A stretch of 64,000 nt of DNA from Podarcis bocagei (Eukaryota): the NCBI GenBank assembly GCA_964188305.1, contig OZ076885.1; one strand, given 5' to 3'. A program made the position numbers and the translations under genes. The notes below the pieces were generated by a model that saw only the letters and a list, made by a program, of their open reading frames with translations, did not search any database and was not told where the DNA came from. How positions within the stretch are numbered: the first letter of the stretch is position 1; the number at the start of each line of letters is the position of its first letter. Below are positions 37,623 through 49,353 of the stretch, one piece after another.

Positions 37623-37761
37623 GGGACTCTGACAATATGGATGGTACAATGAATTCAGATGACCTTTCACCTTTGTCATCGGGAACAGAATCTGGTGCAC
37701 AGTCTCCATTATCTCCGGAAAATAAAAGAAGTCCAAGAGGAATAAAGAAAATATGGGGAAA
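37623..37761 (+). CDS. PPFIBP2: PPFIBP2 exon, DSDNMDGTMNSDDLSPLSSGTESGAQSPLSPENKRSPRGIKKIWG(K) (1/2)
   Basis: cacag|GG...GGAAA|gtgagt, 139 nt. Confidence 0.94.
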
Positions 37762-37922
37762 GTGAGTTTTTTCAATCTTCTGTATCTTTTTTTTTTTAAT
37801 GCCACTACAGAGAACTAACTAGAAGCATTCCTGCTATCTTGAAAGTTCTTGTGTTTTTATGTTAAAGCTGCACCTTGCATTTTGATGTCTAGCAACTTCC
37901 TATTTTGAATCTTTCCAAAAAG

Positions 37923-38051
37923 AATACGCAGGACCCAGTCTGGAAATTTCCCTGGAGATGATCTGGGCTTGGTTGAATTTCGAAGAGGTGGCCTCCGTGC
38001 AACAGCTGGACCTAGATTGTCTCGGTCAAAGGACACCAAGGGACAGAAGAG
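37923..38051 (+). CDS. PPFIBP2: PPFIBP2 exon, IRRTQSGNFPGDDLGLVEFRRGGLRATAGPRLSRSKDTKGQK(S) (2/2)
   Basis: aaag|A...AAGAG|gtaacg, 129 nt; liprin motif FRRGGLRATAGPRL. Confidence 0.96.
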
Positions 38052-38869
38052 GTAACGGCTGAGTTCATGCTTTCTGTTTTGCCCTTGTGGATTATTGCAT
38101 AATGAAACTCTCTTTGTAAACTGTTTTGAGGTTTTATTAAAATCAAGTAGTGTATAAGTTCTGTGAAGTCCGACAAAGAATTTTATAAATTTTGTAGAGT
38201 TCTGTTGACTGTTTTCAGCAAAACTGCACCATCGAGCAAATACCCCCCCCCCCCCCATTCATAGAGCAGTGGGAAAAGTGTACCTCCAATTCCAGGAGAA
38301 AGTCTGAGCTATTTGCTTCGAAACCTTTGACTTCTTACTAGTAAATGGTCCATTGTCGGACAAATCCCATCTATTGCAGGAGTGCTTGATAGCAGTGTCT
38401 GGGGCGGGGCCAGGTTTTTCTGCTTTTCTGTTCCACACTGTATCTTATTACCTTGTCCCTGTGGCATTCAGTGGGAATCGCTGCGAATGGAGCTTTTGTT
38501 TATTTGCTTTTGTTGCTTCCAAGTCACTGATGAATGCTTTCTTCAGCATTTGCAAAAAGACTACATTGTGTGGCACAATGTTGCCTAACTGCTGTTGTGC
38601 CTTAAGTATCAATACACTTGCCAACTTTCATGTCAACCATATTTCCTCATTTAGCTTTGACACAGTGACAAGAAAAGAGGGGGATTTTCTAATCAGAATG
38701 GAGCCAAGTGCACCATCTATTAAGTGATTTATATTCCAGTGTTATTACTGATCAAAGGCAAATGATACCTAGTGACATTTAATGATTCAGCATAACAGTA
38801 AACAAAGGTCTGCTTCAAGAGGGTGTGAGCCTCTCTCTCAATCTCCCTCCTCCATCAGTAACCGTGGAT

Positions 38870-39017
38870 GATTATTAATTTGTAGCCTGCCCATCTGACT
38901 GGGTTGCCACAGCCACTCTGGGAGGCTTCCAACATATATAAAAACATAATAAAGCATCAACGTTAAAAGCTTCCCTATAAAGGGCTGCCTTCAGAAGTCT
39001 TCTAAAGGTTGTATGGT
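38870..39017 (-). mobile_element. L2-like LINE 3' end fragment
   Basis: gcctgcccatctgactgggttgccacagccactctggg...ggctgccttcag; same family at 43985-44200 and about 57150-57195. Confidence 0.6.
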
Positions 39018-39138
39018 CACTTAATTATTGTGAAAGTGAGCCTGACAATTTGAGTGCAAAGTGGTTTGCCAAGTGTTGCAAGAAGCAGTCATACTGTTAC
39101 ACTAACATGAACCTCCATTCTTTATCTGTGCTTCCTAG

Positions 39139-39289
39139 TGATCATAACGCCCCATTTGCCCAATGGGGCACTGAACGAGTCTGTAACTGGCTTGAAGACT
39201 TTGGTCTTGGGCAGTATGTCATTTTTGCACGACAATGGGTGACATCTGGCCACACCCTCTTAACAGCAACACCGCAGGATATGGAAAAG
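39139..39289 (+). CDS. PPFIBP2: PPFIBP2 exon, SAM1 N-terminal part (DHNAPFAQWGTERVCNWLEDFGLGQY...TATPQDMEK) (2/0)
   Basis: cctag|T...AAG|gtaaga, 151 nt. Confidence 0.97.
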
Positions 39290-39622
39290 GTAAGAAATCT
39301 AGAATGACAATGGTACCATTCTGAGGGAAGTCAGAGCAGCCAAGTTTTTTCCCTTCAAAAATCCACCACTGATCCATCCTCATTCACATACAGAGTATGG
39401 AAGATGGGGGGTTTGGATCCCACCCTTAAGTGTCAGAGAATTTAAGCTGACATCCTCACATTGAAACCAGTGGTTGTGATCCAGAGGTGCACATACTGCA
39501 GATTCTAATATCTATCATGTTTCATTGAATAATTGCTCTTTCAATATGTCCCCTTTGGTGAACCATCAATCAACAATTTTGACTCCCTTGGGGTATAATT
39601 TTTCACAAAATAACCTCTAGAA

Positions 39623-39758
39623 CAGTCTTTCTCAACCTGTGGGTCCCCAGATGTTGTTGAACTACAACTCCCATCACTGCTAGCTAGCAGCCAGAGCTCA
39701 TGGATGATGGGAATTGTAGTCCAACAACATCTGGGGACCCACATGTTGAGAACCACTG
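39623..39758. mobile_element. hAT-superfamily MITE, 136 bp
   Basis: ~54-bp TIRs CAGT..TTCTCAAC.TGTGGGTCCCCAGATGTTGTTG.ACTACAA.TCCCATCA; perfect 8-bp TSD CTCTAGAA (39615-39622, 39759-39766). Confidence 0.92.
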
Positions 39759-39893
39759 CTCTAGAAAGTCTCAGAAATACAGCAGGTAGTTACAGGAGCA
39801 CATTCTCTCTTTGGGGACAAAATGTGTGTTCCATCCGTCCAAGTGCCAAGTTGGCAGACCTGTTTTAATTTTCATTATTACTATACTTTGCAG

Positions 39894-40005
39894 GAACTAG
39901 GAATAAAGCAACCTCTGCACAGGAAGAAATTGGTTTTGGCTGTTAAAGCTATCAATACAAAACAAGATGATAAGTCCGCTCAGCTAGATCATATCTGGGT
40001 GACTC
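39894..40005 (+). CDS. PPFIBP2: PPFIBP2 exon, ELGIKQPLHRKKLVLAVKAINTKQDDKSAQLDHIWVT(R) (0/1)
   Basis: tgcag|GAA...ACTC|gtaagt, 112 nt. Confidence 0.97.
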
Positions 40006-40449
40006 GTAAGTATTTTAAGTGGTAAAAATGAAATGAAAGAGCTGCTGGTGAGCTTTTTCACCCACTTTGCAAAATCTGTTTTGGTTTAGTTTCAGGGTGA
40101 AGGGAGGCAGGGATGAAAAACTCATATTTCATCTTCAAAAACTTTCAGTATACTATTATTAGGGTACAGGGACTCAGAATTGGAGTTTTGTTTTTCATTT
40201 TATCAGTAAACTCCAGGAATAGTCACATTAGGGTTATATGGCTTTGTAACACCTGTTAACAGTATTAATGTCAGTCTTCATATTTAAGTAGCTGTTGTAA
40301 TTGCAAAACTCAAAAAGATGAGCATATATGGTGAGAAATAGAACTCAGAGGTTATAGAAGTGGCAGGAAAGGTACCATTTATTCTCTAAATAAAAAAGAC
40401 CTTGAGAAAAGATTTTTATATTGTATCGTGGACTCTGTGTGTTCTGTAG

Positions 40450-40538
40450 GATGGCTTGATGATATTGGCTTACCTCAATATAAAGATCAGTTTCACGAAT
40501 CGAGAGTTGATGGCAGGATGCTACAATATTTAACTGTG
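40450..40538 (+). CDS. PPFIBP2: PPFIBP2 exon, SAM2 WLDDIGLPQYKDQFHESRVDGRMLQYLTV (1/0)
   Basis: tgtag|GA...GTG|gtaaga, 89 nt. Confidence 0.97.
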
Positions 40539-41575
40539 GTAAGAAGCCTTGACCTTTCATAATTTGTGCATAGAAAGAGCCTTTTCTTCTGCTCAAATAA
40601 AAGTTGGGGAGGGGGAGATTCCTCACACTGGAATTACAGTTTTACATTTGGATTTTGAGAAATTGTGTTCCTAATTTGTTTTTAAATGTATAAAGTTTAA
40701 TTTCAAAATCATAAAACATAACACTTCTGTTTCTGGACCAGTAAGAATTTGTAGGCCATGATTTGCCCTCAAGGAACTTTGTGAAGAAGTTGTCTTTTCA
40801 GACCATTTCCAGACAAATAGTGTCTGGAATACAGGAGACTGAAAAGGTTGGGAAATGGGCAAATTTCTTCCAACCTGGCTAGGACTGAGATGCAACAAGT
40901 CCAGGCCCTCAACATCATAAAATGGGGCTGTGTCCTACTGGTCACTTGCATACTGAGGCACTGTACCAAATCAAAAAGAGCCCCCCTAGATAATCTTAGA
41001 GGGAAACAGTCTGTGGGCAAAATCAGGGAACCTCTAAGTGAGTGGTGTGCCCCTTTCCCTGAGTTACTGGAAGGGGCTCTCTAGGTTTTGGCAACCATAA
41101 AAGTCAAGGCAGCGATCTGGTTCATATCGTGCACCCCAAGCAAAAGACAGGTTTCAGTTGAGCCATATTCAGGATCTTCGAAGGAGGTGGTGAAGGGTGA
41201 GCATGCTTGTTCCACACCCATTCCTACTCATGAGTTGGAGGGTGACTGTTTGAAGCATGGAAGCCTCTTGTACTTGTGGAAGCTTCTGTGTGATGGATAA
41301 CGAAGAAAAATCTGAGTCACATGGAGAATCTGCACAAGCAGAAGTGGGCTCCTTGCTTCAGATGGTTGCCCAACTTGAAGAAAGTATGAGATGGAGGAAG
41401 ACTATTCAATCCCCACAGCTCGACCCTTGTGTGTTGCTTTTCCCAGTTCCTGAATGCCTTAAGAAGACAACTAGAACAGACCACATGGGTTGGTTCTCAA
41501 GTTCTGATCTGCTCAGCTCATTGCAGAATAAACTGTTGTTTGTTGACACGGCTTGCCGCTTGTGTTCTCTTGCAG

Positions 41576-41698
41576 AATGACCTCCTTTTCCTCAAAGTCA
41601 CAAGCCAGTTGCATCATCTCAGCATTAAGTGTGCCATTCATGTGCTCCATGTGAACGGTTTCAACCCTCACTGCCTACGGAGGAGGCCGGCAGACGAG
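41576..41698 (+). CDS. PPFIBP2: PPFIBP2 exon, NDLLFLKVTSQLHHLSIKCAIHVLHVNGFNPHCLRRRPADE (0/0)
   Basis: tgcag|AAT...GAG|gtgaga, 123 nt. Confidence 0.97.
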
Positions 41699-42972
41699 GT
41701 GAGAAAGATATCGTCCCTGTTACCATGGATTTCCTTCCTAGAATAAACCTTGTTTATCCACCCTCTCTCTGCTCCCACCTCCTAAAAAAAGAAGAAGAGC
41801 AGGTTCTCTTCTGGGGTGAAATACATGTCAAACTTTGCAGATCCGTATCAAGCCAGAAATAATTTAGTGAGAGTGTTGTATGGGAGGAAAGACAAAAGTG
41901 CTGCATTTATTGAATGCACTTCGGAAGACGTTTAGTGCATGTTCACATGCAAACACGCCTTGGCAGACTTGTACATTAACACATACTCTGCAGAGGGACA
42001 GTTGTCTGACTGCTAGATGGCCAGTCTAGGAGTTCAACATGAGAAGGAAGGAGTGTCATGCTACCCAGATAGATGCAGAGCTCTTGCCCCAACAGATGCT
42101 GCCTCCTGCCCCAGATTTTGCACTCTTTCCCCCAACTATCAGGAGATAAATTTATCTTCACACTTTTTGTTATCTGGACCACAGGCTATTAATTACATTC
42201 ACCTTCTAACACCAGTGTCTGGGCATGTGTGCTGATTCTGAGGGACAGAGGATAAAGGGCCTGAGGGCTAGTTCTTGATAGTTCTCAGGAGATTAGGGAT
42301 CTCAGGCTTGGTTGTGTGTGTTCAGCCACTTTTGTTTTGCAGCGTTGGCATGCTGAGATTGTGACTAAGCTGGCAGTGCCTGTTCCTGGCAGCACAGAGT
42401 CCTCTTCTAAGCTAAGCATTCATTACTCACTCCCATTATTTGCAATTCATTCCTATGACATAGTGGGCTCAGTGGCTTTTGTTTGACGATTGTAGAAACG
42501 TAAGGGCAGTTTGTAAAGAAATGCATCTAATGGGATGCGCTCGCCCCCTTCTATCCTTGGGTGCCCCTGCCCACCCACATTAGCTTGGGGGTGTCAGGAG
42601 AACTCCCAAAAACAGCATGCAGGGGGAGAAGAGTGAAGAATGTTGCCCTGATGGAATGATCACCTTATTGCAGTGTTGAATTCCTCCTGTATAGTTTGTA
42701 CTTAGAAGCTTGGCTGGAGGCATTGAAGGCCCTTTTAAAGAAAGGCTATAATGAGTACACACCTCATTTAACTTACTGAAATGCATTACTTTCTGAGCAA
42801 AACTCAGCAACACTGCAGGTCGGGGGGGGGGGAATTATTGGCTGCAAAGGAGGAATTGTTTTAACAGCTGTTTTCAAACAAACTGATAGAAATAGTAAAT
42901 GGACTTGTCGTTTCTGTATCTTAACTATGTGCATGTATGTGTCTTAACTATGTGCATCTTTTCTCAACACAG

Positions 42973-43098
42973 AATAACATTTCGCCTTCCGAAGTAGTTC
43001 AGTGGTCCAATCACAGAGTAATGGAATGGCTCAGATCAGTAGATCTGGCAGAATATGCACCGAACCTTCGAGGAAGTGGAGTTCATGGTGGCCTTATT
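42973..43098 (+). CDS. PPFIBP2: PPFIBP2 exon, SAM3 NNISPSEVVQWSNHRVMEWLRSVDLAEYAPNLRGSGVHGGLI (0/0)
   Basis: cacag|AAT...ATT|gtaaga, 126 nt. Confidence 0.97.
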
Positions 43099-43984
43099 GT
43101 AAGAAACCAGATCTTGCCTTTTACTTCCTATATATGTTTAAAAATCGGTTTTCCTAACCATTTTTTGTACTATATGCTGTGAGCTGAACAAAATGAGAGT
43201 GTTGTTTGTTGTGGCAGGAAATGTATTCATTGATTACTTTTAAGCCATTTGACAACATATAAATTACATTTTATAAACTTGTGGTAGCTAAGAAGCTAGT
43301 CCCTCACTCTGTTGTCATTTAAGATGTGGATCTGTGAAGTTGAAATTAGAGAGCGGAAATTACTTTCAAATCAGCAATTGATAAAGTGTCAGCTGAACCT
43401 CTCAATGGATGGGTGCTGTAACAGGTGCATGCTGGGCAGGACAAATTGTTTTTCAATACAGAACATCCTTCACAACATTGCAAGAGTCAGATGGCTTAGA
43501 TTGAAGATCAGCAATTGGTGGGGATTAAAAGTAATGATGCTCTTGACAGCAGGTCATATGGGGAATATTTTTGGATTCTTAGCTGTCTAAGGCAAAATAA
43601 GCACTATTATATTCTTTGCTAGTGCACTGATTTCTCAAAGACAGCTCATGAAGCCATCACAGTAATCAAGGTATACTCAACTATATTGAATTTATTTGCT
43701 ATGGCTGATGAGAAAAACAGCCCATTGGGTATGTTTGCCTTGACCTGGAGATGCATATATGTTCAAATGCGTGCTCTGGCTTGCACAATTATTTCATCAT
43801 TTCAATGAGGTGGTAAATCTCCGTGTGAAATTGGAAGAGCACAACATTCTCCCGCCTCTGTTGGAATAAATTAGAAGGGATAATTACAGACAACAAGCTC
43901 TGTAATTTCCCAGAATGCACTGCTCTTTCCTCATCATGCAGATCCCTTTCTAAACTCCGCCTTGTCATCATTATCATAATCATG

Positions 43985-44200
43985 TTATTATTTGTAGCCT
44001 GCCCATCTGATTGGGTTTCCTCAGCCACTCTGGGCGGCTTCCAACAAAAATAAAATGTCAAACATTAAAAGCTCCCCTATATAGACTGCCTTAGGATGTC
44101 TTCTAAAAGTTGTGTCGTTCTTTATCTCCTTGACATCTGGTGGGAGGGTGTTTCACAGGGAGGGCACCACTACCAAGAAGGCCCTCTGCCTGGTTCCTGT
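43985..44200 (-). mobile_element. L2-like LINE 3' end fragment
   Basis: Homologous to 38870-39017, extending to gggagggtgtttcacagggagggcaccactaccaagaaggccct. Confidence 0.65.
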
Positions 44201-45140
44201 AGAGCAGAGCTAGCTTCTTGCCTTGATGCCTGTAGAGCAGACCTAGCCAACACGATGCTCTCCCGATGTTGCATTGGGCATGCTGACTGGGGCTGATCAG
44301 AGTTGGAGTCTAGCAACATCAGGAGGCCACAGGTTGCCCACTCCTGATCCAGAGCGTTGCTGTCCAACAACATATGGAGAGATTAGAATGGAGGAGCTAA
44401 GTCATTCTTACTTAAGTGTGTGTGTACACGTATTCATCTCTTCTTCCTCTGCCTTTCCCTTCCTTTTCTTCCGCATTGTTTTGCTACATTATAAGATCCA
44501 TGAGGTCCAATGCCCTTGCCTTTTCTTTGATTTTCCCCAAAGAATATCTTTATCTGGATGGTATGAGCAGAATTCTACTTATGAGATGCTCTTTCTGGTG
44601 GACGTGGAGAATATGATTTCCAATGTCCAATGCAGCCCCCTCTGTGCACCCTCCATCCCCAAAGTGCTCTGGAGGTTTGGGGGCCTTCCAGAACTGTGTG
44701 GGAATGGGACAAAGAACTGCAAACTTCATCTCCCCCCACCTCCTTCCATGATTATGATCAGGTTCCCTTCCATTCACAGAAAGGCAACTCAGGATCCAGG
44801 CAAATATCATGAACATACCGTGGTCACGTGGAAATGTATTGTGCATACTAACCTGTAGATCAGGAACTGCAGGCTCTGTGCATGGTTGTGCCTTTAATCA
44901 CCCTATACAGAGTCTTAAACTGGTGCTACTGAAAATCGCAAATGAATGTTCTGTTAATTTTATACAGCTGATGGTTGCAAACAAATGAAGAGCTGCTGCT
45001 TTCTCTCTGCAATGCCAGGAAGCATTCTAAATGCTGCAGAGAAGGGTTGAAGCGCTCAGATAATTCAAAGCAGCCTTCTGAGTGCTCAGTTGCTTAGGGG
45101 GCATGTATAAATGCAGCATGTGTGTTATTTTTCCTGACAG

Positions 45141-45329
45141 ATCCTTGAACCTCGTTTTAATGGTGATGCTCTGGCAATGCTTCTCAACATTCCACCTCAA
45201 AAAACGCTGCTAAGGCGCCACTTAACCACTAATTTCAACGTGCTAATTGGACCAGAGGCACAGCAAGAAAAAAGAGAAATATTGGAATCTACAGCTTATG
45301 CGCCTCTGACTACCACTGCGAAAGTCCGG
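45141..45329 (+). CDS. PPFIBP2: PPFIBP2 exon, ILEPRFNGDALAMLLNIPPQKTLLRRHLTTNF...PLTTTAKVR (0/0)
   Basis: gacag|ATC...CGG|gtaggc, 189 nt. Confidence 0.97.
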
Positions 45330-46024
45330 GTAGGCCACATAGGAAAACAATAGCAACCACAACCACAGGGTTGTATTAAACGGAGTGTTAAACAGAATAC
45401 TTTGTATCAATGCAAGGATATTTCTTTGTGCAACAAAATATTCTCTGCCCCCTAAATCTGTCCTGGGTAAAGTTTTAGCCCAAGACACAGTCAGTTGCTT
45501 TCATTTTATTAGGTTGTTCATGGTTTGTTTGTTGCAGTGTATACATCTTTTTAATCATTATAACATAAAAATGATGAATAAATATATATATATTTTAAAA
45601 AATCTGTTCTGGGTTTCCCCCTAACCTTCCAGAGCAGATTTGGTGATGGCACAGACTGTGTATGGAAGTGGGGAAGAATCCCCGTGTGCTGGCACTAATC
45701 CTTGGTGGGCAGCACAAAAACTTGCCCACAATTTCCTACTTTGCAAATTTGCAAGCCAGTCTTTGGAAGAGTTGAGTTGTTGTGAGTGTTCTTAATTTCT
45801 CAGCAGCAGATTATATATCTGTACACCACAGCCTATTTTAGCAACTGTTATGGCTTACCCCAAAGAATCCTGTTAAGTCTGACTTGGTGAGGAAGCTGGC
45901 AATTCTTTTAAGTCTGTAGTACGTATACAACCATGAGACTGAAGCGCATAGCTCATGGCTTTCACACATTGATGCATGTGTTAATACCTGCCAGTTGTTG
46001 GATACAATATCAGTACCTGTTGTG

Positions 46025-46026
<2 letters not shown>

Positions 46027-46063
<37 letters not shown>
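46027..46063. repeat. (AAT)n microsatellite
   Basis: About 12 AAT units. Confidence 0.95.
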
Positions 46064-46064
<1 letters not shown>

Positions 46065-46118
46065 GTTTATCTGCTGAGTCTTTTAATTAAGATTGCAAAC
46101 CTATAGTAATAATACATA

Positions 46119-46287
46119 CCGTATTTTTCGCTCTATAACACGCACCCGACCATAACACGCACGTAGTTTTTAGAGGAGGAAAATCCGTAGGCATGCCACC
46201 CGTAGGCATTCCCTCCATAACACGCACAGACATTTCCCCCTACTTTTTAGGAGGAAAAAAGTGAGTGTTATGGTGCAAAAAATACGG
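46119..46287. mobile_element. Tc1/mariner (Tc2/pogo-type TIR) MITE
   Basis: TA|CCGTATTTTTCGC...GCAAAAAATACGG|TA; same family as 57299-58463 and 63593-63897. Confidence 0.88.
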
Positions 46288-46635
46288 TATTTAGTGGGAT
46301 CTGTTCTTACAAACATTTTGCAGAAAGCAGCACACTCCCTTATTATGCTGAAGTTTGCTTGCTCTTTTAGAAGTCATGGGGAAGCAGTTGTTCAGGGAAG
46401 TAGCCCTTAGCATGCATTGATCCAAGACCAGCCCACCTATGAGGCAAAGTGAGTTGACTGCCTCAGGCAGCAGGATTCACTGGGCCAGCAGATCCCAATG
46501 TCAATCTTTCTCTCCCCTCCTTTTCCCAGGCTTCCCTGGTGTGGAGGGTGGCATCACTTTGGGGTCTGCCTCAGGTGACAAAATGCCTTGGACTGGGCCC
46601 TGCATTCTATGTTTCTCTGAAATGAGGAGTGTATG

Positions 46636-46759
46636 CAGGGATGGGGAATCTTTGGCCCTCCAGATGGTGATGGACTCCCAGTTCTTATCAGCCCAGCAGT
46701 CAGGGTGTTGGGAGCTGGAGCTCAAAGAGTTCTGGAGGTCTACAGGTTCCCCATCCCTA
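46636..46759. mobile_element. hAT-like MITE, diverged relative of the 39623 element
   Basis: CAGGGATGGGGAA...TTCCCCATCCCT TIRs, internal ccagatg...ggactccca. Confidence 0.7.
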
Positions 46760-46877
46760 GTTTAATGGCACAAATCTGGGCCAGCAAACACACAGACGGA
46801 GCATCCTTCACAGCTCTGTATTAAGTATTGCCTTGACCTGAAACAGCTTCAATTAATTGAAGCAGCAGTTCCTAATA

Positions 46878-47113
46878 CAGTCGTACCTCAGAAGTCGAAT
46901 GGAATCCGTTCCGGAAGTCTGTTCGACTTCCAAAACGTTTGGAAACCAAGGCACAGCTTCCAGTTGGCTGAAGGAAGCTCTTGCAGCCAATCAGAACCCG
47001 CATCGGACATTCGGGTTCCAAAGAACATTTGCAAACTGGAACACTCACTGTTCACGGCGTTCGGGAGCCAAAACGTTCAAGTCACAAGGCGTTCGACTTC
47101 CGAGGTATGACTG
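46878..47113. mobile_element. Tigger/pogo-like MITE, same family as 4188-4428, inverted
   Basis: TA|CAGTCGTACCTCAGAAGTCGAA...TTCGACTTCCGAGGTATGACTG|TA. Confidence 0.88.
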
Positions 47114-47232
47114 TACTATACTGTCCCGTGGTCTTTGGATGAAGGATGATGATGATGATTACTAGTACTACGTTTCTCTGATGTTGTACTCTTCCTCCCC
47201 CTTCACCCCACCCTGCTTCTCATTCTCATTAG

Positions 47233-47430
47233 CCAAAGAAACTTGGATTTTCACATTTTGGAAACTTGCGAAAAAAGAAATTTGATGAATCTACGGATTA
47301 CATTTGCCCTATGGATACCAGCCCAAGTACCACCAACGGTACTCAGAGAAGCTACGGCGCCTACAAAGTGCATAATGCCCTCCCTGACAAAGAATTAGAC
47401 AAACTGGATCAGGTGGGCCAGGCGGACTGA
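47233..47430 (+). CDS. PPFIBP2: PPFIBP2 composite exon PKKLGFSHFGNLRKKKFDESTDYICPMD...ELDKLDQ|VGQAD*; terminal in the short isoform, internal (47233-47412) in the long isoform
   Basis: attag|CCA; stop TGA 47428-47430; internal donor CAG|gtgggc at 47412/47413; recalled human canonical end LDQVGQIS. Confidence 0.95.
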   Translation, partial: PKKLGFSHFGNLRKKKFDESTDYICPMDTSPSTTNGTQRSYGAYKVHNALPDKELDKLDQVGQAD

Positions 47431-48006
47431 TGTCACTCACCCTCCATCCTCTTCATGCATTCCAAAGCTTACAAATAACCTTTTGTTTCGATTTAACCTA
47501 AAATGCATAATGCATCTGCATGGATTTTATGAATGTATTGGGATGAGGCTTGAAGAATCTGATACTTAAAATGCCATCTGAATTATTTTCCATTTGCAAC
47601 CACTGCGTCATCCTACTCACCTTCTCGAGCCCTTTTTCAGGAATGCAAAAAGCTTTACACAACAGTCGTAGTTGAAGTCCAGGCAGCCCAAAGCCCCAAT
47701 CCAGCAAGGGTGCTGTGCATGCACTGCTGCTGCAAGGCCATATGTTTATACATATATATATATATTCCATAAGCGCTACCCAGAGATATTTTTAACTTTT
47801 TATATTAGCTTTATATTGTAAGCAGTTGTAAAGATGTGTCTATTTTATTCCGAATAGTACAACTGGATTGTATATTTTTAATAAGACATGCTTATTTCAT
47901 CTGTGCAGTGTCTGCACCACACTGAATGTACATGATATGTTATTAAAGGAGCTAACGATATATCTATAAAAAAAGAAGAATGATAAACAACTTTATCGAA
48001 CAAAAC

Positions 48007-48012
48007 AATAAA
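48007..48012 (+). terminator. Candidate poly(A) signal of the short PPFIBP2 isoform
   Basis: First AATAAA after the 47430 stop (ATTAAA also at 47942); AU-rich UTR upstream. Confidence 0.55.
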
Positions 48013-48475
48013 AGTAATGCATTCAGGGGGAAATGTCCCAGCTTCTCACGTTGTGATTATTGTGACGGAATCATGCTTAAAACCTAAGAGAGTTTTTGAA
48101 GAGGTTATCCAAATTGCCGCCCTATTGGTAATACTGAGAAGTGTGTGTAAAGTAATTTTTTAAAACCTGAAAAAAGGAGCAGCTGGAGCTTGAGCTTTCT
48201 GCAAGGTACAACAGTCTGATGCAACTTCCGTGGATTCTGGTTTCCAAGTCAGAAACAGAATCAAAAAAATGGCAGTAGATCGAAAATACTAATTGTCGAA
48301 AGTTGATTTTTTAATTTTTATTTTTTATATGCACGATTCATTACATCTAACACATTTCATTATTCCATAATTTAAAATGTAATTTATTATTTTGTTTTAT
48401 CTAATGCAAGCAATTTTATCATTATCCATTTGTCCTACAATCTTAGGCAGCCTTAGAACAGGTAGGAAGGAAATG

Positions 48476-48615
48476 TGCATGTAATCAGAACTGTTTTGTG
48501 TGCTTTCATCTGTCGTCCCCCCCCCCCAATTTTGCTTCCCAGCCAAGCTCCTTAAAAAGCTCACAATTAAAATAACACACCCAGCAAACAATACCTCCCA
48601 CTTCTCCTTAGCTTC
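48476..48615 (+). repeat. 140-bp dispersed direct repeat, copy 1 (copy 2 at 63029-63168)
   Basis: tgcatgtaatcagaactgttttgtgtgctttcatct...ttgcttcccagccaagctccttaaaaagct...gcaaacaatacct.ccacttc.ccttagcttc present in both copies. Confidence 0.92.
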
Positions 48616-49081
48616 AGGCTAAGGATAGGAGCTTGAAACACAGCATTGGAATACTGTACTTATTTCGGACTGGGTTATTTATACATGATCATCTTTGCAT
48701 CTCCTAAGCAGGAGCCAATCAACTAACGTTATTGTCATTTTTGTGTTCAGCACCTTGAAACTGGGTATTTCCCTTTGAGAGGTATTTTGTGCATTGTACA
48801 GTGTTGTTGGTGGGCATTTGCTCTGCAGATGTGTTGCTGAGTAACATACGTGTGCTGTACCTTAATATTTTCTTTCTTTTTTAAAAAATTATTGGTTTTC
48901 AAAGTATCAGTGGTTCCTCGCATGCACAAGAGATCTGTTGCGCAAATGAAGGCTCCCCTGCATTTGGGTGGAAGCACTGCATATGCAAAGGCAGGTGTGA
49001 AGAGAGTGGCATCAAACACATGGAATTGTTGATTAAAGAAACAAATTTGGTTGGATTCTACCAGTCGTCATCCCCCCCCAT

Positions 49082-49124
<43 letters not shown>

Positions 49125-49353
49125 TACAACATACATACATATACACAGTATGCAGGTTTTGCAAATCACATTTTTAAGGTTTGGGCTCTTTGTTATAATA
49201 ATCAGGCAAGCTTGAATTTGCAGGTGAAGAGGCTGTCTGCTGTAAACTGAGAGCAACTGTGAATTAGAGGGCTGTACGTGTGTAAGGCAAGGAAAAGTTG
49301 CAAAGCCTAATACAGACTTGCTGGTAATTTGAGTTTCTAATAGCTTAAATTTA

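Noticed and set aside
44274-44858. Longest ORF in the track (194 aa)
   Set aside because: Begins in a MITE remnant and crosses repeat-like sequence; no recognisable domain
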